The position numbers and the translations under genes were made by a program. From positions 98,704,001 to 98,768,000 of the forward strand of contig NC_135812.1 in the NCBI RefSeq assembly GCF_964213995.1: a stretch of DNA of 64,000 nt, read 5' to 3'. The notes beneath the pieces are model-generated. The model was given only the letters and a program-made list of their open reading frames with translations. It did no database searches and was not told the DNA's origin. Below, one piece after another: positions 48,147 to 62,135 of the stretch. Source of the DNA: Mustelus asterias. Lineage: Eukaryota. The first letter of the stretch is position 1, and each line of letters begins with the position of its first letter.

Positions 48147-51125
48147 GGGTGGCACAGTGGTTAACACTGCTGCCTCACAGCGCCAGGGATCCCGGCTTGG
48201 ATCAGTGTGTGTGGAGTTTGCACATTCTCCCCGTATCTGCGTGGGTTTCCTCCCACGGTCCAAAGATGTGCGGGCTAGGTGGATAGGCCATGTTAAATTG
48301 CCTCTCAGTGTCAAGTAGCAGCTGCTAGGGTAAATGTGTGGGGATAGGGCCTGCATGGGATTGTGGTTGGTGCAGACTCGATGGGCCAAATGGCCTCCTT
48401 CAGCACTGTAGGCTCCTATGATTCTATGTCATTTTTTGCACCTCTAAGGAGATTTAATGGGACAATTTTAGACCAGCTTCATGTGCCAGTGCTCTGTCCC
48501 AGGTAAAGACAGGAAGAAGTTGGACTACTCACTCTCTACTCTCCCATCAACAGAGCCTTCCACATTCGACAACTAGAGCCAGAATGTGACAGCAAACTAT
48601 AAATACCAGAGATCAAACAGCACAGCAACCCAACCACCTTACCCTTACAAACAGCCCGGATCTCATCTAAAACTGTGGCCACTGAATGGGGGAGGGAGTC
48701 ACGCTGGTGCACGGTTGAGTGAATTTTATGAACACTGGTTCAGATTTCCCTGGGCCCCATGTTATTTAATGAGCAGCTGGAGCTTCGAGGCCCTTGAACA
48801 ACAAGGGGAAATTAATCGAGCCAGTTATTCATGCCATCGAACGATGCTACTCTCATGTTTGCCCGATGCACTATTTCATTTCATTCGCTTTGACGAAAAC
48901 AGTGAGGGGTTAGTCAGAATTCTCAGCACTGCCACCCACCAATGGTGATTTTCTTGCCGTCAAGTTAAACGCTGCCGCCCTTTATTTAAGGCTGAAAAAA
49001 AAAAACACACTGGTGCAGGAGAGCTGGCAGCAGAATAATCGATGGACTGGTTTTTTTGAGGAAACTGGTCGTGACATTTTGCAGGCCTCGAAAGTCCACA
49101 GGCCACATACAAAAAAAAAACACTTTGCTGTTGACCTAATTAACAGAAATACCACCGGGAAACAATCCAAGCATTCCGGATCGTTCTCTTAACCAATACA
49201 GGGTGGTTGATTTGGGAAGTAGTCGGGAGATAAATTCAGGTCTCCCGACTCCAAGCAGCACTTTTATTCTGGCAGATATTTAAAACCCCTTTCTTATAAA
49301 GGGAGGCCACAATTATTTGTTACATGGTCTGATGTACAAAGGGAGGCAGTCGAATCGAGAAGTCTGTCCAAAAAACAAAAATTGCTTCTGTTGTTGCTTC
49401 TAAAAATCAGCAGCATGCACGCAATTTAAATAAAATGTGATACAAACATACTTTTCCTCAACGAATACAGAATCTCGCAAGAAAAAGTGAGTCATTTATC
49501 TCTATAAAATGTTAACTAAATTTAAGCAGCACCTTTCTATTTACTGTGTCTACACATGTCGGTTAGAACTAAGTAGTTAATAGTCGAAACTATATGGTTG
49601 GTCCCTTTGATCTGCACCAAATTAGCTTCCCCCTTTAGTGAAGCTTGTAGAACAAGCAGTCACAAGAAAAGAACCAGATCTCCTTGAAACACACCTCCGC
49701 TGGCACTCACCTCCACAGTTCATGGAGATTAACCTGTTGATGGCTCAAAAATATTCTATCGACCACCCACAAATGAGAAGAAAGCAGCTCATCAGAATCT
49801 TTGAGGGCAATGAGGGGTGGAATGGTGGCGCAGTGGTTAGCACTGCTGCCTCACAGCGCCAGGGACCCGGGTTCGATTCCTGGCTTGGGTCACCGTCTGT
49901 GTGGAGTTTGCACATTCTCCCCATGTCTGCTTGGATTTCCTCCGGGTGCTCCAGTTTCCTCCCACAATCTGAAAGATGTGCTGGTTAGGTGCATTGACCC
50001 GAACAGGCGCCGGACTGTGGCGACTAGGGGATTTTCACGGTAACTTCATTGCAGTGTTAATGTAAGCCTTACTTGTGACTAATAAATAAACTTTAACTTC
50101 AGAAGTGAGATTGCAGAGAAACAGCTGGTGCTTTAATTGTTTCATTAATTCCAACCCCACCTCCCAAGAAACTGGATATAAATATTTTGCCAAACCCCTT
50201 CCTCCCACAAATTCATATTCACGTCAATCCAAACCTACCATATCATTTAGGCCAAATCACCTTAACATGTCCACTTCAATATAGCGAGCGATTAAACAGC
50301 TGTACAAACTCACGCTTTGACTTACCCAGCTGAAAATGGAGAAGAAAGAGAAGGCAATGGCTGCCCGGGCACTGTCAACCCCGATGATTGGATTGGAAGT
50401 TGTGGACACCCACTGATTGGTGAGGAAACAAAAACCAACAAACCACAAGAACGTCCAGAAGCCTAGGAGAAGAACAGAATAAACTGGTTAAACTGCTACC
50501 AGCAATTACTCTGATAACTAGTGTGAGCCATCAACAGTATTTTGACAACGACCCTCATGTATTAGTCGAGCAAATGACAGAATCAGCAATAGACCACAAG
50601 CCCCGAAGCACTGCTACTGTCCGTTTTTATTCTTCTGTGTGGGTGTCACTGGCTGCCTGCATTTATTGCCCATCCTTAAGTGATGTAGTTTGTTAGTCTG
50701 TTTCACAGGGCAGTTAAGAGTCACCATTGCTGTGGATCTAGAGTCACATGTAGGCCAGACCAAATACGTACAGCAGATTTCCTTCTCTAAGAGGACAGCA
50801 GTGAGTCAGTTGGATTTTTAATGGCAATTGACAATGGGTTCATGGTCGTTATTAGGGACAGCACGGTGGCAGAATGGTCAGCACAGCTGCCTCACAGTGC
50901 CAGGGACCTGGGTTCGATTCCCAGCTTGAGTCACTGGGTCTGTATGGAGTCTGCACATTCTCCCCGTATCTGCGTGGGTTTTCTCTGGGTGCTCTGGTGT
51001 CCTCCCACAGTCCAAAGATGTGTGGGTTAGGTTAATTGGCCATGGGAAATTGCCCCTTAGTGTCAGGGAGATTAGCAGGGTAAATGCGTGGGATTATGGG
51101 GATTGGTGTCTGTGCAGGTTTGATA
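48147..51125 (+). mobile_element. Three HE1-like SINEs around SYNGR2 exon 3: ~48147-48428, 49814-50097, 50854-51125
   Basis: Family head, core and tails; the interval also contains unique sequence and exon 3. Confidence 0.75.
50326..50462 (-). CDS. SYNGR2: Synaptogyrin-2, exon 3
   Basis: cctag|(G)FWTFLWFVGFCFLTNQWVSTTSNPIIGVDSARAAIAFSFFSIFSW|gtaag, 137 nt; MARVEL TM3-4. Confidence 0.95.
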
Positions 51126-51789
51126 GGCTCATGGTTCCATGAGAAAGGTGTCAAGGTTTACAAATGACAAACTAGGGGCAGTGGCTAATGATGCAAATGA
51201 TCATAATCTAAAGAGAATCCTGGACCAATCGTGATTGCAGGTGGAATTCAAAGTTGGAAGAGTATAGATTACATACAGAATGGCAATGTGCTTAAAATAA
51301 CAGTGGGACGGTGATCCAGGCGTTTTGCCACACAGGTCATTGGTAGCAATGAAAACACATGATATTGTTGATGTACAGCTGGGGAGGTGTGACTTCCAAA
51401 ATCAAGTTTGTGAGGGTCTTGGTGAGGGTGCAACTGGAGCCTGGTGTTCAGCATTTGGTCTCAGAATACTACAGTGCAGAAGAGGCCCTTTGGCCCACCG
51501 ACACATAAAATGCCCTGACCTGCCCACCTAATCCCACTTGCCAGCACTTGGCCCATAGCTGTCTCCATGGTGCGGGAGGGATGTAAATTTATTTGAGCGA
51601 GTCCAGTGCAGGATTAGGAAGCTGGTAGTTGCTATTAATGGGGCCAAGTTATGAGGAACGATGGGCTAACACAGATTCACATTTTGGGCCAAAGGAGGAC
51701 GGATGGGGCAGGTGGATGGTAGTCTTTACAAGTTTTCACTGGATTGGAGAATCTAGATCGAGCACCGAATTCAATAATAGACAAGTTTT

Positions 51790-52325
51790 ACATAGAACAT
51801 TACAGCGCAGTACAGGCCCTTTAGCCCTCGATGTTGCACCGACCAGTGAAACCAATCTAAAGCCCATCTAACCTACACTATTCCAATATCATCCATGTGT
51901 TTATCCAATGACCATTTAAATGTCCTTAATGTTGGTGAGTCCACTACTGCTGCAGGCAGGGCATTCCACGCCCTTACTACTCTGAGTAAAGAACCTACCT
52001 CTGACATCTGTCCTATATCTATCACCCCTCAATTTAAAGCTATGTCCCCTCGTGCTAGCCATCACCATCCAAGGAAAAAGGCTCTCACTATCCACCCTGT
52101 CTAATCCTATCATCTTGTATGCCTCTATTAAGTCACCTCTTAACCTTCCTCTCTCCAACGACAACAACCTCAAGTCCCTCAGCCTTTCCTCACAAGACCT
52201 TCCCACCATACCAGGCAACATCCCAGTAAATCTCCTCTCCCTTTCCAATGCTTCCACATCCTTCCTATAATGCGGCGACCAGAACCGTACGCAATACTCC
52301 AAGTGCGGCCACACCAGACTTTTGT
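51790..52325 (-). mobile_element. CR1 LINE 3' fragment
   Basis: PHLEYCVRFWSPHYRKDVEALE..RGDLIEAYKM. Confidence 0.88.
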
Positions 52326-53626
52326 ACAGAGTTTTGGAGCTGAGTCCACAAAAAGATCTGCCAAGATCTTATTGAATGGCGGAGCAGGCTCGAAGGGCCA
52401 GATGGTCTACTCCTGCTCCTAGTTCTTATGTTCTCTCACAATGTCCTGGGATGCACTTCATCAGGTCCCGTGGATTCGTCTACCTTGATGCGCTTCAAGA
52501 CTTCCAGCACCTTTTTCAAAGCAAAAAACTCAAGTGGAAAATGGGAAATCCTGGCAACATTTTTGCCAGCACGTGGATGGTAGGACAGATTATCAGCGTG
52601 GGAGGTAGAACAAAAAGCCACAACTTAACCCAGAATCAGGTTAGGCTAAATGGACCATCTGTCTTCTGTGGTCACCCAGAACAGGATGTATTTGTTTTCT
52701 TTGCAATGTATACAAGTAAAAATGAAAGGCATATGCAATTAATTGGTAACCAATATTATTGCTTCCTCTAGCTAATACTCAAACCCTTAAATGCTGCCTG
52801 GGCAATTAGCAAAGATCAAGGGTCAAACCTGCCCATCTGATACAAAACTACATAAGGCAATGAATTTGGGTAGTTTTTTTGAGGGATGTTGGCAAGCAGG
52901 CCATGAAGAACTGTTCACTTAAAAACGTATCAACTACCTACTTACCTCCCTGCAGAAACCCAACCCTGTCCAAGACCTGGGGCTTGGGTTTTATTTCAGT
53001 TACCAACTCCTTCCAAGTCATGAGCAGCGGAGAGTTCCAGCTGCCATTGGAGAGATTCAGTATGTGGGAGACAGTGATGGATTCTGGGGGTGCAACTCAA
53101 TAAGACCAAAACTGCGCCACATTAACTAATGTCAAATGACATGAAAACAAAATAATTGCAAATAGCAATGAAAAAAGTACATTTCAGCAACCTGATGCAT
53201 TTTATGTTGCTAAATCTTTGAGCTTATAGTTTTTCTTTTTAAAAAATGCTGGAGAATATTTACAAAGAAATTTGATGCAGAGGCCAGAACCAAGACATGT
53301 CCAGGTTCGAAGCTTGAAGCTCTGGTCAATGGATACAAGATGGTAGAAAAAACTGCCCAGGGCAGTGTCACACTAATCATCCATCGAGCAAAAAACATTC
53401 AACCCACCATTGGGGAGGTGAAGAATAGACCTTTCTTTATAAATCATGCAAATAACTGGGAAATAGAATAGATAGCAAAATATTTTGAATCTTATATGGA
53501 ATATTACACTTCTGGGGCAACAATAAAAATACAGACGTTAGACTCAATTAACACCACACATGGGAATCGAGTTGCATATTGCATGTACCTTCCTCTAATA
53601 GGTTGCCTCTCTTCTTCTGAAATTAG

Positions 53627-54310
53627 TAGAATAGAAATCATAGAATCCCTACAGTGCACAAGGAGGCCATTTGGCCATTGGATCTGCACTGACCACAATC
53701 CCACCCAGGCACTATTCCCATAACCCCACACATTTACCCCACTAATCCCCCCGACGCTAGGGTCAATTTAGCATCGCCAATCAACCTAACCCGCACATCT
53801 TTGGACTGTGGGAGGAAACCAGAGCACCCGGAGGAAACCCACGCAGACACGGGGAGAATGTGCAAACTCAACATAGACAGTGACCTGGGGCCGGAATTGA
53901 ACTTGGGTCTCTGGTGCTGAGAGGCAGCAGTGCTAACCACTGCACCACATGCCGCCTCGTATCTGAAACCATAGAAATCATAGAAACCCTACAGTGCAGA
54001 AGGAGGCCATTCGGCCCATCGAGTCTGCACCGACCACAATCCCACCCAGGCCCTACCCCCACATATCTTACCCGCTAATCCCTCTAACCTACACATCCCA
54101 GGACTCTAGGGGCAATTTTTTAACCTGGCCAATCAACCTAACCCGCACATCTTTGGACTGTGGGAGGAAACCGGAGCACCCGGAGGAAACCCACGCAGAC
54201 ACGAGGAGAATGTGCAAACTCCACACAGACAGTGACCCGAGCTGGGAATCGAACCCGGGACCCTGGAGCTGTGAAGCAGCAATGCTAACCACTGTGCTAC
54301 CGTGCCGCCC
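53627..54310 (-). mobile_element. Two tandem HE1-like SINEs (~53627-53955, 53968-54310)
   Basis: Full-length family members. Confidence 0.88.
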
Positions 54311-54855
54311 TGACCCTGCAGCACACACCCACAGGTACCACCTAATACCTCAGCCAAGTAGTCATTCATCATGGGTAGAACCTGACACAAGAGCTGGGAA
54401 TGGGAGGGAGAAAGAGATAAAGAATGAAGTCCAGAACTCAGTCTAGGCCTCATCATTCCTTCTCCAAGGACAGAGCAAGGAGTGGTACAGCAGCTAAAAT
54501 CAGTCCGGTAATCAGAGAAGAAACCTAAACTATCTTTGTCTTTGTGCTTCAGTTACAAACAAACCATAACTGCACTAACCAACTGTAAATCATTTGGGAC
54601 ACTTGGGTTCCAGGCTTTTGTTCATAAGCAACTCATCTAATTTGGGACTTGTATACATTTGTGTCTTCCAAGTTTTGATTAACCTTTGGTAAACAAATGA
54701 TAATGTCCCATTACTCATCTCTCAGCACGGATATGATCAGATAACTGTGTGAGGCAGTCCTGGGGACTAACATTGTGAAGCCTGGCCTTGACTAGGGAAC
54801 AGCATCACAAAGATTTCCCCATTGCTCGTAGCCCACACTCGATTGGTCTGCCTAC

Positions 54856-55093
54856 CTGAAATACCAAGATCAGCCATAATGATGTGCTTGCGCTGGTTAG
54901 CATTGCTAATCTGAGGAAAATAGACATCAAGAGCGAAGAAGACTATGCAGATGAGGAACGCAATCACACCAATCCCTACACCATAGTGACAGGCATCCAC
55001 ATTTTGATTGAAGATGCATTGCAGTTTTGAAGTATGAAGCGAATTCATGTAACCCTCACTGGTGATGCAGCCAAACACAATTATGGAGAAGAT
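54856..55093 (-). CDS. SYNGR2: Synaptogyrin-2, exon 2
   Basis: tccag|IFSIIVFGCITSEGYMN..CIFNQNVDACHYGVGIGVIAFL..LDVYFPQISNANQRKHIIMADLGIS(G)|gtagg, 238 nt; exon 1 not found in the window. Confidence 0.95.
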
Positions 55094-55639
55094 CTGGATA
55101 AAACAAAAAAAACAACAAAACAAAATTATTACACACAAGAAAGAAAAGCTGACATTGCTATAGTGCCACCCATGATCCCAAAGGACTTCACTGCCATGAC
55201 TCACGGCCCATATCCTGGTGAATGATGGTGCAGTCCCCATTCTTACATCTACAGATCAGAATGTCACATCCGACACGGCTCCTTATTTGAAAAATGATAC
55301 AATTGCGTTTGAAGTTTGCTTGTGTCTTTTACACAACGCCACCACCTGAACAGAGCACATCTAGTTGACATGGAGTAACATTAAGGTATTAGCTCTGCCT
55401 TGATACTCTCCATGTTTGGAAAGACAGTTTGCAGTTAGTACCTATCTCCATGCACGAGGAATGGTCACCGCCAGACTGCTGTAACTGTGGAGCCTAGCCC
55501 ACCAATGAGATTCTAATTGTTTTTAAAAATTAGAGGAGGAAGGGAAGACACTTGGGATAAAGTAACAATTGTTGTATACTTAAAAGGAACTCATTTGAGA
55601 ATATACATTTATTCAGGAAAATATTCTGTCTAAACTAAG

Positions 55640-56083
55640 AGCGTGTCGTATGAGGAACAGTTGAGGACTCTGGGTCTGTCCTTGTTGGAGTTTAGAAGGA
55701 TGAGGGGGGATCTTATTGAAACTTACAGGATACTACGAGGCCTGGATAGAGCGGACATGGAGAGGATGTTTCCACTAGTAGGAAAATCTAGAACCAGAGG
55801 GCACAACCTCAGGCTAAAGGGACAATCCTTTAAAACAGAGAGGAGGAGGAATTTCTTCAGAGAGTGATGAATCTGTGGAATTCATTGCCACAGGAGGCTG
55901 TGGAGGCCAGGTCATTGAGTGTCTTTAAGACAGAGATAGATAGACTCTTGATTAATAAGGGGATCAGGGCTTATGGGGAAAAGGCAGGAGAATGGGGATG
56001 AGGAAAAATATCAGCCATGATTGAATGACGGAGCAGATGCGTTGGGCTGAGTGGCCTAATCCTGCTCCTATGTCTTATGGTCT
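55640..56083 (+). mobile_element. CR1 LINE 3' fragment
   Basis: SYEEQLRTLGL..RRMRGDLIETYRILRGLDR. Confidence 0.88.
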
Positions 56084-57009
56084 AAACTTGCACAGTGGAT
56101 AGAGCCAAAAGCTTTATAATCATGTGAAATATTCTAACTAAGAGGACAGTTTGAAATAGCTTAAGACTCTTAACTGGGACATCAGTTACAAAACGTGAGC
56201 ATGCTGGGGCTCTAATTCCTTTAGAATCTAACATTATTACTGCAATTTAATTCCACTGGAGCTGACTGCAATTCCTGATAATGCCTCAAAGACCTCATGC
56301 AACAAGAGATCAGCATACTTCAATTTGTCAGTAATGTGGATCATTACGAGACATACATTATTTAACCTGACAGTTCAAATGGTATCATTAAGCAGAGCTT
56401 CCTCCAGATCTATGATGTTATGTAAAGTGTTTATTCATCACTGCGCAGTGACGGGAGCGAGGAGATCCTTGGCTGGATCAATGAATAAAGTTCAATATTT
56501 CAAGGAGATAGTCAGTCGATAGCAGCAGTATTTTTTTTTGTTTGCGTCTAATTTATTTTACACTGAGCTGCCAACTCTGGTTATAGTTATCGCCGCAGCT
56601 TTCACCACACGCTCTCTTACCAGCGACTGCACTACCCAGTTGAATAGACTCTCTCCAACAAGTGCCCAGAGAAAATGAAAATCATATTTTTAATAGCCCA
56701 ATAGTTTTATTCCAGGTTTGGCTGCATCCTGAAGATTAATCTGAACTTTCTGCAGATTCCAGGGCCATCCCGGGCTTTGGCAACCCTACAGATACAAACC
56801 TAGATTTGAATTTGAACAACATACACTGCACATGATCTCTCCCAGTATCGGTTTACACAGCACTGCCAGCACTTTCTTATTGACTGTTTACCATGACATG
56901 CAGGAACACACATGATGCTTGCATACCAACAACATGGAACACGTGCTATATATAATTCTGATTGTACCCGAGGCTGAACCCTTTGATCCAATCTTCAGTA
57001 AGTCACCTT

Positions 57010-57903
57010 TGGGGGTGGCACGGTGGTTAGCACTGCTGCCTCACAGCGCCTGGGACCTGGATTCGATTCCCAGTTTGGGTCACTGTCTATGTGGAGTTTG
57101 TACATTCTCCCCGTGTCTGCGTGGGTTTCCTTGGGTGCTCCGGTTTCCCCCCACATCCAAAGATGTGCAGATTAGGTGCATTGGCCATGCTAAATTCTCC
57201 CTCAGTGAACCTGAACAGACGCCTTAGTGTGACGACTAGGGGATTTTCACAGTAACTTCATTGCAGTGTGGATGTAAGCCTACTTGTGACTAATAAATAA
57301 ACTTACTTTACCATAAGGAAGCAAGCCTACATAACCATAATATTGGAGGGTCACAGCATAAGCAAGGCACTGCAGAAACACAATTGGACTTCTGTGTATA
57401 ATTCTATCTTTTGGTCCTCTTCACAAGGATGTGGGAGTTGCCGTTTTGAACAAGCGCAGATATTATGAGTTGGGATTTCAGGAGTGGGCATAGGAAAGGG
57501 AAGTCAGAAGATTAATAATGAAAGCATCAGAAATGATATTTCCATAGTATTGAGGGACTGCAACACTATCATATGTCTGAGTACATGGGCAGCACGGTGG
57601 CACAGTGGTTAGGACTGCTGTCTCTCAGCTCCAGGGACCACAATTCTGGCCTTGGGTCACTATCTGTGTGGAGTTTGCACATTCTCAGTATCTGTGTGGG
57701 TTTCCTCCGGGTGCTCTGGTTTCCTCCCACAGTCCAAAGGTGTGTGGATTAGATGGATTTGCCATGGGACATGTATGGAAGTATGGAGATAAGGTGGAGG
57801 GGGGTGGGGGGAGGGCCCCGAGTAAGATACTCTGTCAGAGAGTTGGTATAGACCTGACGGACTGAAAGACCTCTTCTGCACTGTAGGGATTCTATGATTC
57901 TAT
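57010..57903 (+). mobile_element. Two HE1-like SINEs (~57010-57310, 57587-57903)
   Basis: One of each tail type. Confidence 0.82.
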
Positions 57904-60900
57904 AAAACCAAAGCTCCATCTTCCCTCACGGGTGGGTGTTATGGATCCCCCAACACCATTCAAAGGTGGTCAGGGGAGCTCTTCCAGTGTGTTCTGGCAT
58001 GCAAATTGACCGCTGTGTTTCCTGCATTGCACCAATGAACACACTTCAGAAATACCCCATTGGATGTGAAGCACTTTAGGATATCCTGAAGTTCTGAAAG
58101 GTTCGTGATACATGTCAGTTCTTTCTTCCTTACTTGTTTCTCACAGGAAAAGGGGAGGGGAAGATCTGAATTCTGATCATTTGAATTTGACTTGCATTGT
58201 AATGTGTTGTCTGAAGTTACTAAAGTCATTACAAATTTCCAAAATCTTTGTCCCAAACAAATTAACAGTTTGCATTCCAATAGTGCTCTTCACGTGCAAG
58301 AAGACACACAAACTTATGAAATAGGACCAGGAGTGGGCCAGTCAGCCCCTCGAGCCTGCCATCTCAAACCACTTATCAAAAGAGGGAAGGATTGAAGAAA
58401 ACCAGGGCAGGGGAAGTTCGGAGAGTTCAGACTGGAGACCCAAAGACATCTTTGAAGAAAGAGGTTATAATGAGAATTTTGAAAGCAGGAAGTAAACTAA
58501 CCAGGCAGGAAGAATTAAGCAGGAAGCTTCTGAGTGCAAGAGCAAAGTGGGTTAATGAGCAGGCATCAGTGATAGAGGGAAGGGAGCAACAGCCAAAGAA
58601 GTCTAGTGGTAAAGGAATGCAAGATACAAGTGGAGACTTATCAGCACAAATTAGTTTGCTATGGTGATTTCTGGTCTTGCCTCAAGACAGAGAATACAGC
58701 CCATTCTTAACACAGAGAGGCGATGGCCTAGTGGTATTATTGCTAGACTAATAATCCAGAAACTCAGCTAATGTTCTGGGGACTCGGGTTTGAATCCTGC
58801 CGTGAGAGATGGTGGAATTTGAATTCAATTTTTTTTTTTTTAAATTCGGGAATTTTATGAAATATTTCACTGATCACCATGAAACCATTGTCGATGGTCA
58901 GAAAAACCCATCTGGTTCACCAATGTCCTTTAGGGAAGGAAATCTGCCGTCCTTACCCGGTCTGGCCCACATGACTCCAGAGCCACAGAAATGCGGTTGA
59001 CTCTCAACTGCCCTCGGAAATGGCCAAGCAAGCCACTCGGTTCAAAGGCAACTAGGGATGGGTAATGAATGCTGGCCAGCCAGCGACGCCTATGTCCCCG
59101 AACGAAGAGAGAAAAACATGTGAGCATCAAACAAGGAATGGAAACCTCAACATCTGGCTGAGATCTAAAAGTGAGTAGGAGCAGGTGGGAGGGTGTTGGT
59201 GTTTGCTGCACTCTTTCTTCATTTCTTAGCTCAAGAATAATAATATTGGTGTTTGAGAAGGGTGCATGTCAGACAGGAAATAGCACGAAAGGTAAAAACA
59301 TCTAATAACGAAGAAATAAAAAGTTGTGGCTGGTAAGAACTATACTGCAAGATTCTCTTGTGGTAGAGAGTAACATCTCTGTCCATTAAATACAAGTTTG
59401 CATTTTGCCGAGTTGCAGCATCTCAAGCCAAAGGCTCCTTCCAAAAATCCTAGCATTACAACCGACACCTACATCCCAGGAGCTAAAGAAAAGTACTTCT
59501 GCATCTCTCTCTCGGCATCAGACAGTCTCATCCCACAACAGTACAAGGCAGAGCTTAAAGCCTGGGGTCCTGAAGGCACGGCCACCAATGAAAATCAGGC
59601 ATGCCTAAGAGGCCAGGACAGAGGAATGCAGAGAACCCAGAGATTTATGGGGTGGGGGGAATGACCCTGAAGGTCAAGTTGTCAGTCAGCCCTCCCTGTG
59701 TAGAAAATGGCTAAATAGGTGAAATATCGGAGCGTCGCTGTGGTTGTAAAGCAGCCTCTCAATATAAATCTCAGCATTCAGCAGCAAAAAGAGAAAATAA
59801 TGGGTACAAAAGGGGTCAGTTTAGAAACTTTGCTGTCACCACGTTGCCAACTGAAATAGACCTCGTGCCGTTTTATTTTTTAAATTGTTCATGAGCTGTG
59901 GGCGTCACTGGCTGGGCCAGCATTTATTGCCCAACCCTAATTACCATGAACTGAGTGGCTTGCTGGGCCATTTAAGATTCAACACATTGCTGTGGCTCTG
60001 GAGTCACATGTAGGCCAGACCAGGTAAGGGTGGCTGGTTTCCTTCCCTAAAAGGACATTAGTGACCCAGATGGGTTTTTCCGACAATGGTTTCATGGCCA
60101 TTTTAGATTTTTAATTCCAGATTTTTTTTGTTGAGTTCAAATTTCAACATGGTGGGATTCGAACCCAAGTCTCCAGAGCATTACACTGGGTCTCTGGGTT
60201 ACTAGTCCAGTCCTTGTGTAACAGTAGCTGTGTTATACTGAAGAGAGAAGCAAAGATGCAATCAATCAGCTCTGTTTTAATACACCTTACAACATGAACA
60301 AAGGACAAAATATGGAATTGAACAATATAACAAGGTGGTGAATCATCATGGCAAAACAGGGCAGTGTGAAAAATTGGCTCCCACATAACACACTTCCTGT
60401 TCTTACCACCACCTTTTCAGTTGAGCTCCAAGTGGTTTCAAAAGTCGATTAAGCCGCAACTGCTATCCTGTTCGTTGGTATCACAACTGGAGACTTTCCG
60501 AACGACTGTTAGGTTATCAGTTTCAGTTCACACAGAGTTCAGTGTCTGCTAGTGCAGCATCACAACAGTGAAACTCAATGATGACATTAACTGAGAGGAG
60601 GGCTGTATTTTAACAGACAAGAGTTTAATACAAGAACTGCATCCTGTACAATCAACAATATTTCTCTTCGAAGATTGGGAAGGACGTGCGGAGAGAGAGG
60701 GAGAGTGATGGTTGAAGGACTTGAGTTCAAGACTTGGCCTATAAGAATCACAGAATTCCTACAGTGCAGAAGACGACCATTCGGTCCATCAAGTCTCCGA
60801 AAGAGCATCTTATCCAGACTCTACCTCCGCAACCCCATGTATTTATCCCACTAATCTCCCTTAGCTAGATCCCAAGATCTAGTGTCCCTCAGATCTTGGG

Positions 60901-61364
60901 ACACCAAGGGGCAATTTAGCATGGCCAATTCACCTAACCAGCACATCTTTAAATGCGGGGATAGCCTACATCTTGCAGTTTCTTTCTTTCCACGTGCTCC
61001 TTGTCTAACTTTTGTTTTAGTTGATCTAATGTCCAGCCAGTCTGCAGTAATTCCTCCCATTTCCCAAGCCAGCCAACCATTCATCCAAGGCCATGAATAG
61101 AGGAAAGAGCTACTTCAGTAAAATGATTCCTCTCCGATGCTTTGTAAATTAATATCGGTATTATTTGTTAAATATGGTGGGCATCAAAACAACCACTTTT
61201 TCAGTTTGAACTGACGTTCGGTTGAATAAAGGAATAAACCCAAGGACCAGAATTAGATTCGGGATTTAGGAATAGTGAGGCAGAAACCAGAAAGAGACAA
61301 AACATATCTCCTTGTAGCAGAGACACAGAGAGAGCGCGGACAGCTAGCTAGGTTAAAAAGTAAG

Positions 61365-62135
61365 AAGGTGGTCGTAGTTAGCACTGCTGCCTCACAGCCC
61401 CAGGGACCCAGGTTCGATTCCCATCTTGGGTCACTGTCTGTTCGGAGTCTGTTCGGGTTTCCTCCGGGTGCTCCGGTTTCCTCCCACAGTCCAAAGTCGT
61501 GCTGGTTAGATGCATTGGCCATGCTAAATTCTCCCTCAGTGTACCCGAACAGGCACCGGAGTGTAGCGACTAGGGGATTTTCACACTAACTTCACTACAG
61601 TGTTAATGTAAGCCTACTTGTGACACTAATAAATAAACTAATGGGAGTGACATCTTCAGATGGATATCAAATCTGAGGAGCAGAAAAATTAAATTAAAAT
61701 AAAAGTGAACAAAGATGGAAAGTGATCTCCCTTAAAGAGATAGCCTAGTGGAACATAGACATGGGGCAGCACGGCGGCACACTGGCTAGCACTGCTGCCT
61801 CGCAGCATCTAGCACTGCTGCCTCGCAGCATCTAGCACTGCTGCCTCGCAGCATCTAGCACTGCTGCCTCGCAGCATCAGGGACCTGGGTTTGATTCCCG
61901 GCTTGGGTCACTGTCTGTGCGGAGTCTACACATTCTCCCCATGTCTGCGTGGGTTTCCTCCGGGTGCTCCGGTTTCCCCCCTCAGTCCAAAAGTCGTGCT
62001 GGTTAGGTGCTTTGGCCATGCTAAATTCTCCGTCACTGTACCCGAACAGGCGCTGGAGTTTGGCGACTAGGGGATTTTCACAATAACTTCATTGCAGTGT
62101 TAATGTAAGCCTACTTGTGACACTAAAATAAACTT
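61365..62135 (+). mobile_element. Two HE1-like SINEs (~61365-61640, 61763-62135)
   Basis: Alternative-tail type. Confidence 0.82.
61786..61877 (+). repeat. Minisatellite, 4 perfect copies of 23 bp
   Basis: (CTAGCACTGCTGCCTCGCAGCAT)x4 inside a SINE head. Confidence 0.95.

Noticed and set aside
61786-61877. CRISPR-like array
   Set aside because: Repeats are contiguous with no spacers, lie within a SINE, and there are no cas genes in this eukaryotic context
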